From Akkermansiaceae bacterium (GTDB lineage Bacteria > Verrucomicrobiota > Verrucomicrobiia > Verrucomicrobiales > Akkermansiaceae), in contig JBPOGF010000001.1 in NCBI GenBank assembly GCA_051251915.1, forward strand, positions 128,001-192,000: a stretch of 64,000 nt of DNA, in the 5' to 3' direction. The notes below the pieces were generated by a model. It was given only the letters and a program-made list of their open reading frames with translations. It searched no databases and was not told the origin of the DNA. This document shows positions 55,451 to 64,000 of the stretch, one piece after another; position 1 is the stretch's first letter; every line of letters starts with the position of its first letter. Position numbers and translations under genes: made by a program.

Positions 55451-57961
55451 ATGAATAAGACAACAATAACATACAACGACAAATGCGTTCGTTGGTTCAC
55501 CTGGGCTTCTATTATTTGGGGCGTAGTAGCCATGCTTGCGGGACTCATTGTATCGCTACAGCTAAATATAACGATGATGCCAGGTGTATCATGGATAGAG
55601 TATCTCTCTGGAGGAACAATGACTGAAGAAGGTCTTCCTTACCTTACTCTAGGTCGTCTCAGGCCGGTGCATACGAATGCGGCTATCTTTGCGTTTGTTG
55701 GAAATATGATTTTTGCGGGTGTTTACTATTCTACTCAGCGTCTCTGTAGATGTAGGGTAGCTTCTGATAAGCTCACGTGGTGGCATTTCTGGTCATGGCA
55801 GCTGGTTATTGTGTCAGCGGCTATTACGCTACCAATTGGTCTCACTCAGAGTAAGGAATATGCTGAGCTTATTTGGCCTATTGATCTGTTAGTTGTTTTT
55901 TCATGGGTGGTTTTTGCGATTAACTTTTTCTGGACGTTGATCAAGCGTAACGAGCAGCACCTTTATGTGGCTATTTGGTTTTACATCGCGACTATTATCA
56001 CGATTGCGATGCTTTATATCGTTAACAACCTTCAGATCCCTACTTCATGGACGCATTCATACCCGATCTTTGGTGGTGTTCAGGATGCACTAGTGCAGTG
56101 GTGGTATGGGCACAATGCGGTGGCATTCTTCTTAACGACTCCGATATTGGGAATCATGTATTACTTCGTTCCTAAGGCGGTGAATCGGCCGGTGTATTCT
56201 TACCGACTATCAATCGTTCATTTCTGGTCGTTGGTATTCATTTATATCTGGACGGGTCCTCACCACCTTCTAAATACAGCACTTCCAAACTGGCTACAGG
56301 GGTTAGGTATGGCATTCTCAGTGATGCTTTGGGCTCCATCATGGGCTGGAATGTTGAATGGTCTGCTTACGCTTAAAAGTGCATGGGGTACTGTGCAGAA
56401 AGAGCCTGTAGTGAAGTTTTTCGCAGCAGCTCTGACATTCTACGGTATGGCCACTTTTGAGGGGCCATTGCTAGCGATCAAATCCGTTAATGCGTTGTCT
56501 CACTATACTGACTGGACTATTGGTCATGTGCATAGTGGCACGCTCGGTTGGAACGGGTTCATGGCGGCTGGTATGTTCTACTGGTTAGTTCCTAGACTTT
56601 GGAAAACTGAGCTTTACTCAAAGGCTTTAGCGAACTTCCATTTCTGGATTGGTTTTGTGGGTGTGTTGCTTTATGTTTCATCACTCTGGGTATCTGGAAT
56701 TACTCAGGGTCTGATGCTAAGTGATAGCACAGATGGTGCTGCTACCTATAAATTCCTGGAGACACTTGAGGCTATCCAGTTTCCGCTTCTTGCGAGATCC
56801 TTCGGGGGGACGCTTTACTTAGTGGGATTCCTCTTCTTGGTTTATAATCTCTTTATGACATGCCGCAGTGGCAAGCCTACTGACGTGAGCGTGGAAGTGA
56901 CACTTAGGGACAGAAATAACCCTGATAAAGCAACTGTTGGGGATGTTCTTATGCGTGATCCATTTGCTGCCGCTCTTGGTGGTGTGGTAAGTTTAGTCTG
57001 GTGGGTAACTCATCCTACGCAGGTATTATCTCTCATCTGTTTATTGTTCTTCATTGTTCTTGGGTTCATAAGATTTAAGAGAAACCAGCAGAGCTGGACT
57101 GAGTGGCATGATGCTCTCACTAGAAACTATCTACCGTTCACTGTCTTGGCGTTCTTTGCGGCAGCAGTGGGTGGGGCGATTCAGATCATTCCGAATGCGA
57201 TGTCTGCTAAGCCTGATATCATTGATGACCGCTTGCAGGTAGTTTATACTCCACTTGAACTAGCTGGACGTGACATTTATGTGGCTGAGGGTTGTTATAA
57301 CTGTCACTCACAAATGATCCGCATGCTGGACTCTGATGTGATCCAGTTTGGAGATTACTCAAGAATGGGTGAGTCTATCTATGATTATCCACATCAGTGG
57401 GGATCTAAGCGAACTGGTCCTGATCTTGCACGTGAGGGTGGCCCATTAGTGGAGGGTTCTGAGAAAATGCGAATTGGAGCTAAAGATAACGTTTGGCATT
57501 ACATCCACCTCATGGATCCGCGTGAGAAGGAGAAGAAGTCTAACATGCCTTCCTACTCATCTCTTGTAAGTAAACAAACTGACATTAAAGCACTACCTAG
57601 CAAGATCAGAGTTCAGGCTCTCCTTGGGGTGCCTTGGCCAGTGATGAACAAGCATGAGATAGAGCAAGATGCGATCGAGCAAGGGTTAGAAATCTCTAAA
57701 ACGCTTGTTGGAGCTAACGTTAACATCCCTTGGGTGACTGAAGGTATGAGTCGACAAAAGATTGAAGCGAAGTTGGCTGAGACTGAGATCGTGGCACTTA
57801 TTGCCTATCTACAGAAGATCGGAGTTTACGAAGTTCCTGATAAGGAAAACGTGAAGGAAGGTAGCTGGACTTCACCAGATGATGTGCGTGATCTGAAGAA
57901 GCTTAATGAAATGATCGATGCAGGAATAGTTCCTGAAGCCGAAACAGAAGAAACACCTTAA
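55451..57961 (+). CDS. ccoNO: cbb3-type cytochrome c oxidase, fused subunits I/II
   Basis: GRLRPVHTN, WWYGHN, GPHH, IGHVH; CcoO GCYNCHSQMIR, WGSKRTGPDLAR, SNMP. Confidence 0.96.
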   Translation: MNKTTITYNDKCVRWFTWASIIWGVVAMLAGLIVSLQLNITMMPGVSWIEYLSGGTMTEEGLPYLTLGRLRPVHTNAAIFAFVGNMIFAGVYYSTQRLCRCRVASDKLTWWHFWSWQLVIVSAAITLPIGLTQSKEYAELIWPIDLLVVFSWVVFAINFFWTLIKRNEQHLYVAIWFYIATIITIAMLYIVNNLQIPTSWTHSYPIFGGVQDALVQWWYGHNAVAFFLTTPILGIMYYFVPKAVNRPVYSYRLSIVHFWSLVFIYIWTGPHHLLNTALPNWLQGLGMAFSVMLWAPSWAGMLNGLLTLKSAWGTVQKEPVVKFFAAALTFYGMATFEGPLLAIKSVNALSHYTDWTIGHVHSGTLGWNGFMAAGMFYWLVPRLWKTELYSKALANFHFWIGFVGVLLYVSSLWVSGITQGLMLSDSTDGAATYKFLETLEAIQFPLLARSFGGTLYLVGFLFLVYNLFMTCRSGKPTDVSVEVTLRDRNNPDKATVGDVLMRDPFAAALGGVVSLVWWVTHPTQVLSLICLLFFIVLGFIRFKRNQQSWTEWHDALTRNYLPFTVLAFFAAAVGGAIQIIPNAMSAKPDIIDDRLQVVYTPLELAGRDIYVAEGCYNCHSQMIRMLDSDVIQFGDYSRMGESIYDYPHQWGSKRTGPDLAREGGPLVEGSEKMRIGAKDNVWHYIHLMDPREKEKKSNMPSYSSLVSKQTDIKALPSKIRVQALLGVPWPVMNKHEIEQDAIEQGLEISKTLVGANVNIPWVTEGMSRQKIEAKLAETEIVALIAYLQKIGVYEVPDKENVKEGSWTSPDDVRDLKKLNEMIDAGIVPEAETEETP

Positions 57962-57975
57962 ATAGAAAAATCATT

Positions 57976-58146
57976 ATGAAAATAGTAAAGCAATTTGCCT
58001 TAGAGAATGGAGATTCTATCTCAGCCATAGGATTCTTCGTTCTGGTGGCACTCATCTTTATCCTCATCGTGGTTCATTCCATTAAGATGAAGAGGACAAC
58101 GACTGATGAGCTCGCGAACTTAGCACTTAAAAACGATACTGAATAA
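57976..58146 (+). CDS. ccoQ: CcoQ-like 56-aa subunit (absent from ORF track)
   Basis: MKIVKQFALENGDSISAIGFFVLVALIFILIVVHSIKMKRTTTDELANLALKNDTE between ccoNO and ccoP. Confidence 0.75.
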   Translation: MKIVKQFALENGDSISAIGFFVLVALIFILIVVHSIKMKRTTTDELANLALKNDTE

Positions 58147-58151
58147 AGATT

Positions 58152-58793
58152 ATGGAGCAGAAAAAGAATGAAACTGACGAAGTTTTCGGGAACAAAGTAG
58201 TAAAAGGAGGATCACCTATTAAAAGGGGAGAGATTGTCCTGCGTGAAGACTCCTTTGACGGAATTCAAGAATACGATCAACGTATGCCTAACTGGTGGCT
58301 CATCCTCTGGTGGTCAGCGATTGTCTTCTTCTTTGTATACTACATCGTTTACTATACAATGGGTGCAGTGCCAACCACTACGGAAACAATGGATGCACGC
58401 GTGGAGGCGATTCATCAATTAAGAAAAGATGCTTTGCAAAAGACACTTGATTCAATGGATGACGATGTCTTAGTCAACAAGCTAAGTATGGATGCTGAGT
58501 TTGTAGCGGCTGGAAAAGACGTTTATATGAGTAGCTGTGTGGCTTGTCATGGTGCTGACATGAAGTCTAATGGGGGAGCGACTGCGCGTCCTCTTGATGA
58601 TGGAATCTGGCATTATGGAGATAAGCCGATGGATATTTTCACATTGATTCTCAAAGGGACACCAGCTGAGAGCAAGGGATATAATATGATGCGTATGCCT
58701 CCATGGGAATCACTAGGACCAGATAAAGTGGCCCAAGTAACAGCCTATCTTATCAGCCAAAACCAGAAAGACTTCGAGAAATACAAAAAATAG
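58152..58793 (+). CDS. ccoP: cbb3 oxidase subunit III, monoheme
   Basis: DGIQEYDQRMPNWW, CVACH, MPPW. Confidence 0.92.
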   Translation: MEQKKNETDEVFGNKVVKGGSPIKRGEIVLREDSFDGIQEYDQRMPNWWLILWWSAIVFFFVYYIVYYTMGAVPTTTETMDARVEAIHQLRKDALQKTLDSMDDDVLVNKLSMDAEFVAAGKDVYMSSCVACHGADMKSNGGATARPLDDGIWHYGDKPMDIFTLILKGTPAESKGYNMMRMPPWESLGPDKVAQVTAYLISQNQKDFEKYKK

Positions 58794-58799
58794 CATTTC

Positions 58800-60227
58800 A
58801 TGAGCGATAAAAGTAAATCACCAAGCTTAGAGTCTGTATCCACTATAAATGACGATGGGTCTAAGGCCATCATCCATCCTGCAGATGTTAGTGGGAAGTT
58901 TACTACTCTGAGGCGGATCACGGCGGTGATTTTGCTGGTGGTTTATGCTGTTTTACCATGGATAGAGATTAATGGATCTCCGGCTGTATTTCTCAATATT
59001 GCAGAACGGAGGTTCCATTTGTTTGGGATCACATTGTTTGCGAATGATCTATGGGTGTTGTTCTTTTTGATCTCAGGGATGGCGTTTTCGCTGTTTGTTT
59101 TAAGTTCTGTGGTGGGAAGAGTTTGGTGTGGGTGGTATTGTCCTTATACGGTGTTTCTAGATCATGTATACCGCAGGGTGGAACGTTGGATTGAAGGAGA
59201 TGCACCGAAGCGTAAACAACTAGATAAGGCGCCATGGAGCTCTGGAAAAATAGTGAAGCGAGGTTTTAAGTGGTTTTGTTACGTGATTATATCTTTGATC
59301 TTGGCGCATATTTTCCTTTCATACTTCATCTCTATTTCTGAGCTGTGGGAGCATATGAAGACGAATCCTAAGGAGCACTTAGGTGAGTTTTACTTTGTAT
59401 TAGCCTTTACGGCTGTGTTTACTTTCACATTTGGCTGGTTCCGTGAGCAGTTCTGCATCATTATGTGTCCTTATGGCAGATTCCAGTCAGCGTTGACAGA
59501 TGATGATACGATCACTGTTACTTATGACAATGTTCGGGGTGATCCTAGAGGTAAGAAACGTAAGGGTGTGGTCGATACTAGTATTGGTGATTGTGTTGAT
59601 TGTAAGCGCTGTATCAGTGTGTGTCCTACAGGGATTGATATCCGTAATGGGATTCAGTTAGAGTGTGTGGCTTGCTCAGCTTGTATTGATGCCTGCAATG
59701 ACATTATGGTAAAGCTGGACCGGCCTAAGGGGCTGATCCGATATGATTCCAGAAATGGAGTAGACACGGGTAAACGAAAGATTTTCCGTGCGAGAACTTA
59801 CCTCTATGGAGTGTTTGTGTTGCTAGGCGCAGCTGTTTTAGGCTTTACCTTATATAAGAAAGCTCGTCCATTCCATGCTGAGGTTTCACGTTTTACGGGT
59901 GCTAGCTATATCTCGAATGAGGATGGGGTGAGGAATCTGTTTGAATTCCATATTACGAATAAACGTAAGCAGGATATGACTTTCAGTGTGAAAGGTCAGG
60001 GGGCGGCAGAAATTCAGTTTTCAGAAATGGAGCCGATCACTATTACAGAATTGGATACAAGGTCATTTACTATGGGAGTTTTCACTAATAAGGCAGATTA
60101 CGATGGTAGTAAGAACATCCAGTTTACGATTACCTCTAGTGATGGTTCTGATATGATTCTTAATGCGAAGTTCTCTGGGCCTAATAAATTCATGTATAAA
60201 CAAGAAGAAGAGGAGAATGTAGAATAA
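58800..60227 (+). CDS. ccoG: Cytochrome c oxidase accessory ferredoxin CcoG/FixG
   Basis: GRVWCGWYCP, REQFCIIMCPYGRFQ, CVDCKRCISVCPTGIDIR, CVACSACIDAC. Confidence 0.95.
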   Translation: MSDKSKSPSLESVSTINDDGSKAIIHPADVSGKFTTLRRITAVILLVVYAVLPWIEINGSPAVFLNIAERRFHLFGITLFANDLWVLFFLISGMAFSLFVLSSVVGRVWCGWYCPYTVFLDHVYRRVERWIEGDAPKRKQLDKAPWSSGKIVKRGFKWFCYVIISLILAHIFLSYFISISELWEHMKTNPKEHLGEFYFVLAFTAVFTFTFGWFREQFCIIMCPYGRFQSALTDDDTITVTYDNVRGDPRGKKRKGVVDTSIGDCVDCKRCISVCPTGIDIRNGIQLECVACSACIDACNDIMVKLDRPKGLIRYDSRNGVDTGKRKIFRARTYLYGVFVLLGAAVLGFTLYKKARPFHAEVSRFTGASYISNEDGVRNLFEFHITNKRKQDMTFSVKGQGAAEIQFSEMEPITITELDTRSFTMGVFTNKADYDGSKNIQFTITSSDGSDMILNAKFSGPNKFMYKQEEEENVE

Positions 60228-60322
60228 TGAAGATTTTCAAGAGTATATGGTTCTGGGTGGTGCTGATGCATTTGCTCGTGGTTGCCGCATGGGTCACCGT
60301 TTACAACATCGCAAATCCTTAA
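60227..60322 (+). CDS. 31-aa single-TM peptide at the ccoH position (absent from ORF track)
   Basis: MKIFKSIWFWVVLMHLLVVAAWVTVYNIANP; TAATG overlap with ccoG; stop 4 nt before the next ATG. Confidence 0.7.
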   Translation: MKIFKSIWFWVVLMHLLVVAAWVTVYNIANP

Positions 60323-60326
60323 AAAT

Positions 60327-61079
60327 ATGATCACTGTAACTACTATGACGTCTTTGGCCGCGCTGAGTGCGGGACTTGCTACGAGTCTGCACTGCATCGG
60401 GATGTGTGGACCGTTGGCTTGCTCTGTGACGAGTCGCTGTAAGTCTAAGCAACATGCGCAGCTGGAGTCTCTGGCGTATCATCTGGGTAGGGTATTTTCT
60501 TATACATTGATAGGGGCGATTGCTGGGTTGATTAGTTTACAGCCGATGGGATTTTTCTTTCATTCTCCGGCGGCTATTTTGCCTTGGTTGATGATTCCGT
60601 TTCTTCTTATTACGGCCTTTCCGGAGGTGTTTAAGATGCCGCGCTTGAAGTTTCTGACTATGCCATATTATAAGGCGAAGCGCTGGGCGGAATCTAAGCC
60701 ACCGGGAATCATGGGTGGTTTGTTGGGGCTTATTTCTCCCTGTTTGCCATGCACTCCTCTGTATCTTATTTTTGGGGTTTCTTTGCTGAGTGGTTCTCCT
60801 TTATCTGGGGCTCGGATTGCGCTTTGTTTTGCGCTGGGGACGATTCCGTTGCTATGGGCGGCGCAGTCATCGACTCATCTTATTGCTAAATTCATTCCAG
60901 GGAAATGGCGTAGCGGGCTGCGGGTAAGTTTTTTACTTGTTATCACTACTATGTTGTTTTTCAGGTTGCAGGGCACATTACCATCTAACTTAGAGCAATC
61001 AGCACCTACTCCGGGAGATGAAGCTAAGCCTGCTCAAGAGGTGGAACGTCCGCTTCCTGATTGCTGTGCGGGTAAATAA
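60327..61079 (+). CDS. DsbD_2/TauE-like membrane protein of the cbb3 assembly cluster
   Basis: SLHCIGMCGP, YHLGRVFSY, LPCTPLY, FALGTIP; start moved to ATG 60327. Confidence 0.88.
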   Translation: MITVTTMTSLAALSAGLATSLHCIGMCGPLACSVTSRCKSKQHAQLESLAYHLGRVFSYTLIGAIAGLISLQPMGFFFHSPAAILPWLMIPFLLITAFPEVFKMPRLKFLTMPYYKAKRWAESKPPGIMGGLLGLISPCLPCTPLYLIFGVSLLSGSPLSGARIALCFALGTIPLLWAAQSSTHLIAKFIPGKWRSGLRVSFLLVITTMLFFRLQGTLPSNLEQSAPTPGDEAKPAQEVERPLPDCCAGK

Positions 61080-61137
61080 TGGTTACAAGGTGTGTAGCCA
61101 TTCGATATCCGTTATCCGTTATTATTTGAACTAAACC

Positions 61138-63426
61138 ATGTCAGCCTGTCTTCACTGCTCGACCCCGCTTAAATCTGACCAAGAGAGTTTTTGTTGTCGG
61201 GGGTGTGAGAGTGTTTACCAGATCATTCATGAATCAGGTCATGAGATGTTCTATGATCTGAAGGCTGAGACTCCGTTGACTCCGTTGAGGGAAAGACCGT
61301 TTCAGGACAGAGACTGGGACTGGTTGGTTGATGTGTTAGAGTCGGATACTTCTGAGCCTACAACGATTACTTTAGGTCTTCAGGGATTGAGTTGTGTGGC
61401 GTGTGTGTGGTTGGTGGAGTCGGTAGCTAAGGCGATAAATGGTGTTTATTCTGTTAGTCTAAGTGTGACGCGTGGGAGTATGGAGGTGGTGTATCAGCCA
61501 GGGGAGATAGATGCTGCTGAGTTTGCGAATGGTCTTTATAAGCTTGGGTATGAGGTTACAAGGACTCCGGCGAATAGTAATGAGGCTGGTGGTGGTTCTG
61601 CGCTGGCGATAAAGCTTGGGATCTGTGGGGCGCTGGCGATGAATACGATGGGGTTTACTTTGCCACGTTACATTGGGATGGAGGCATCTGATGAGCTTCA
61701 TGAGTTGTTTACGATTGTGATTATAGCATCTGCTACGCTGACATTTTTTATTGGTGGGTCATATTTTTTCAAGCGTGCTTGGAGTGCGTTGAAGCTGGGT
61801 CATATTCATATGGATTTGCCAATTTCTATTGGGTTGATCTTGGCGTTTTTGGGATCGATCGTGGGGTGGTTGTTTTCACGGGAGGAGTTGTTTTATTTTG
61901 ACTTTGTGGCGGTATTTACATTTTTGATGTTGTTAGGGAAGCAGGTTCAACAGGCTTCGTTGAGTAGGGCGAATGCTAAGTTTGGTTCTGAAAGTACGAT
62001 CCCGGATGGTTATCGAAATTCTGAAGGTGAGCAGGTAGATACGCATGGGATTTTAGCGGGGGAGCAATTGGTAATTCCGGCTGGGACGGTGATCCCAACA
62101 GCTTCTAGGTTGATGTCTGAGGTTGCGGAGTGTTCGCTGGCTTGGATCACGGGGGAGCCGGCTACACTGGTGTATGGGAAGTCTGATCCTATTCCAGCGG
62201 GGGCGGTGAATCAGTCACAGGATGATATTGTGGTGGAGACGGTGGATGCTGTGGATACGGATCATTTCTTCCATCAGTTGCCGAAACAGAATGATGGTTT
62301 GAGTCCGGCCTTGGCGAAATTTATTCGGTATTATTTGGTGGCGATTTTGTTTATTGGGCTGGTGGCTTGTGGTGCTTGGTTGTGGCTGTCTGATGACTGG
62401 GTTAAGGGGATTCAGGTGATGATATCTGTTTATGTGGTTTCATGTCCTTGTGGTATTGGGCTGGCTTTGCCTTTGTTGGATACTCGTTTTAATAAGTTGG
62501 CAAATAACATTGGGGTGTTTCCGCTTACTGCTACTTGCTGGGCGGGGTTTTTGAGACTTAAGAGGGTGGTATTTGATAAGACGGGAACGCTGACTTTGGA
62601 TCGGCCTGTGTTAGACAATAGTGAGGCTTTGACTAAGCTTGATGATCATGAGCGTGAGGTTCTATTTTCACTCACTAAGAAGTCGTTGCATCCGTTGAGT
62701 CGGTCACTTTTCTCTGAACTCATTCATAGGGGGACTACGCATAGTAGCTTGGGCTGTGATGTGGTGGAGACCGCTGGGCAGGGAGTGTCTGCGGTGATTG
62801 ATGGATCTACGTATAGCTTGGAGCGGCCGGATACGAGGAAGAAGCTGCTGTCGTGTGATTTCAAATGTGATGGGGTGGTTATTGCTCAGTATCATTTCAT
62901 AGAGAGTCCGCGGGAGAATACTAAGGACTCGATAGCGCAGATACGGGAGATGATCCCTCAGCCACCAATGATTCTTTCAGGAGATGTGGAGGAGAGTGTG
63001 AGCGGAATAGCTCGGCAATTAGGGATAGAGGATTACGCGGCATTGCTTAGTCCGGAGCAGAAGCTGAAGCGTATCCAGGCACTTCAGGAGGAGGGTGATC
63101 TGCTTTATATTGGTGATGGGATGAATGATATTTTGGCGATGCGTGATGCGAGGTTGAGTGCGGCTCCGTTTGCGAATGTGAATTTGGTGACTAAGGATGT
63201 GGACTTTCTTTTCACTGACGAGACGCTAGGTTTCTTGCCTAAATTGCTTCGGTTAGCGGAAACGAGAAATGCTTTGAGTCAGCAGCTGCTGATTTATACT
63301 ACGCTGTATAATGTAGCTGTGGTGCTAATTGCATCAATTGGGTTTATGTCTCCTTTGATAGCGGCTATTATTATGCCGCTGAGTTCACTGGTTAGTTTGT
63401 ATTTGGTGAGCCGTAAGCAGGCTTGA
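61138..63426 (+). CDS. ccoI: Cu-type P1B ATPase CcoI/FixI
   Basis: CLHC...FCCRGC, CVAC, TGEP, SCPC, DKTGTLT, HPLS, GDGMND. Confidence 0.9.
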   Translation: MSACLHCSTPLKSDQESFCCRGCESVYQIIHESGHEMFYDLKAETPLTPLRERPFQDRDWDWLVDVLESDTSEPTTITLGLQGLSCVACVWLVESVAKAINGVYSVSLSVTRGSMEVVYQPGEIDAAEFANGLYKLGYEVTRTPANSNEAGGGSALAIKLGICGALAMNTMGFTLPRYIGMEASDELHELFTIVIIASATLTFFIGGSYFFKRAWSALKLGHIHMDLPISIGLILAFLGSIVGWLFSREELFYFDFVAVFTFLMLLGKQVQQASLSRANAKFGSESTIPDGYRNSEGEQVDTHGILAGEQLVIPAGTVIPTASRLMSEVAECSLAWITGEPATLVYGKSDPIPAGAVNQSQDDIVVETVDAVDTDHFFHQLPKQNDGLSPALAKFIRYYLVAILFIGLVACGAWLWLSDDWVKGIQVMISVYVVSCPCGIGLALPLLDTRFNKLANNIGVFPLTATCWAGFLRLKRVVFDKTGTLTLDRPVLDNSEALTKLDDHEREVLFSLTKKSLHPLSRSLFSELIHRGTTHSSLGCDVVETAGQGVSAVIDGSTYSLERPDTRKKLLSCDFKCDGVVIAQYHFIESPRENTKDSIAQIREMIPQPPMILSGDVEESVSGIARQLGIEDYAALLSPEQKLKRIQALQEEGDLLYIGDGMNDILAMRDARLSAAPFANVNLVTKDVDFLFTDETLGFLPKLLRLAETRNALSQQLLIYTTLYNVAVVLIASIGFMSPLIAAIIMPLSSLVSLYLVSRKQA

Positions 63427-63512
63427 TGTGCGATTGTTGTGGGGAATCTAGTGGCTAGGATTTTAATTTTTTGAAATTGATTTTAGCAAGTTAATGTGTT
63501 AATTATAAGTGG

Positions 63513-64000
63513 ATGAGTATTGTTTCGAAAAATGTATTATTAATGATGACTACCGTGTCCACTACTGTCCTACTCGTAGGGTCTGCAAGTGCGGGGCTGA
63601 GTATGGTTGGTAATGCTTGGGTAGATGATATGAGCGATATTAGTAACTTTAGTGGTAGTCTGAATATGACGGTGTCGTTGGATTTCCCAGGAGAGGTGTC
63701 AATGGTCTCTGATGCACCTAGTGTGGATCGGCTTGTTAATTGGATGGTTGATGGTACTACGCGTCTTGATCTTATTGATAACGGTTATGTAGAGGTAACG
63801 CCAGATGCGCAGATTGTTAGTGGGCAATGGCAGATGTGGGCGTTGTTTTACACAGATACAGGGGTATTTTTAGATGAGGTGAGTTTGTTAGATTTTACGG
63901 CTTCTGCTTCTGTTTTCACAACTGATCTTAGTGATGTGGCACCAGTCGGGACGGATGAATTTTTCTTACGTTTCCGTATTAAAGAAGCTGTAGGTGATGG
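63513..64000 (+). CDS. Secreted hypothetical protein, 3'-truncated by window edge
   Basis: Open frame from ATG 63513 to the end; signal-like TVLLVGSASA; acidic beta-rich sequence. Confidence 0.7.
   Translation, partial: MSIVSKNVLLMMTTVSTTVLLVGSASAGLSMVGNAWVDDMSDISNFSGSLNMTVSLDFPGEVSMVSDAPSVDRLVNWMVDGTTRLDLIDNGYVEVTPDAQIVSGQWQMWALFYTDTGVFLDEVSLLDFTASASVFTTDLSDVAPVGTDEFFLRFRIKEAVGD

Overview
64-kb chromosomal window, most likely from a verrucomicrobium (PVC-type heme-binding CxxCH proteins, fused ccoNO, DUF1080; taxonomy is inferred). It is mostly housekeeping and metabolic: thrS-infC, rapA, uvrA, hom, iscU/iscS-like genes, thiG, pckA, a cbb3 oxidase cluster, and two runs of small hypothetical genes (22-26 kb, 37-40 kb). 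I saw no rRNA, tRNA, CRISPR array, integrase or transposase. The most notable signals are non-coding. (1) A histidine kinase/LytTR regulator locus carries three copies of a CGATTCGCAG-like direct repeat with exact 21-bp period, each 82-94 nt upstream of an ATG: the regulator and two unannotated 31-33 aa ORFs. (2) A GCRTAT-N20-ATWTGC inverted repeat precedes three consecutive units: a stand-alone PocR-like gene, pckA-DASS and the cco operon. (3) A rod-like RNA candidate lies between convergent terminators after infC. Also seen: an ATA-start infC with a structured leader, a DUF2062-NagB fusion lacking the catalytic Asp, a protease-LRR fusion, REP-like hairpins, heptamer repeats inside uvrA, and strong but patchy G/T strand skew. 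All family assignments come from motif recognition by eye; no searches were run.
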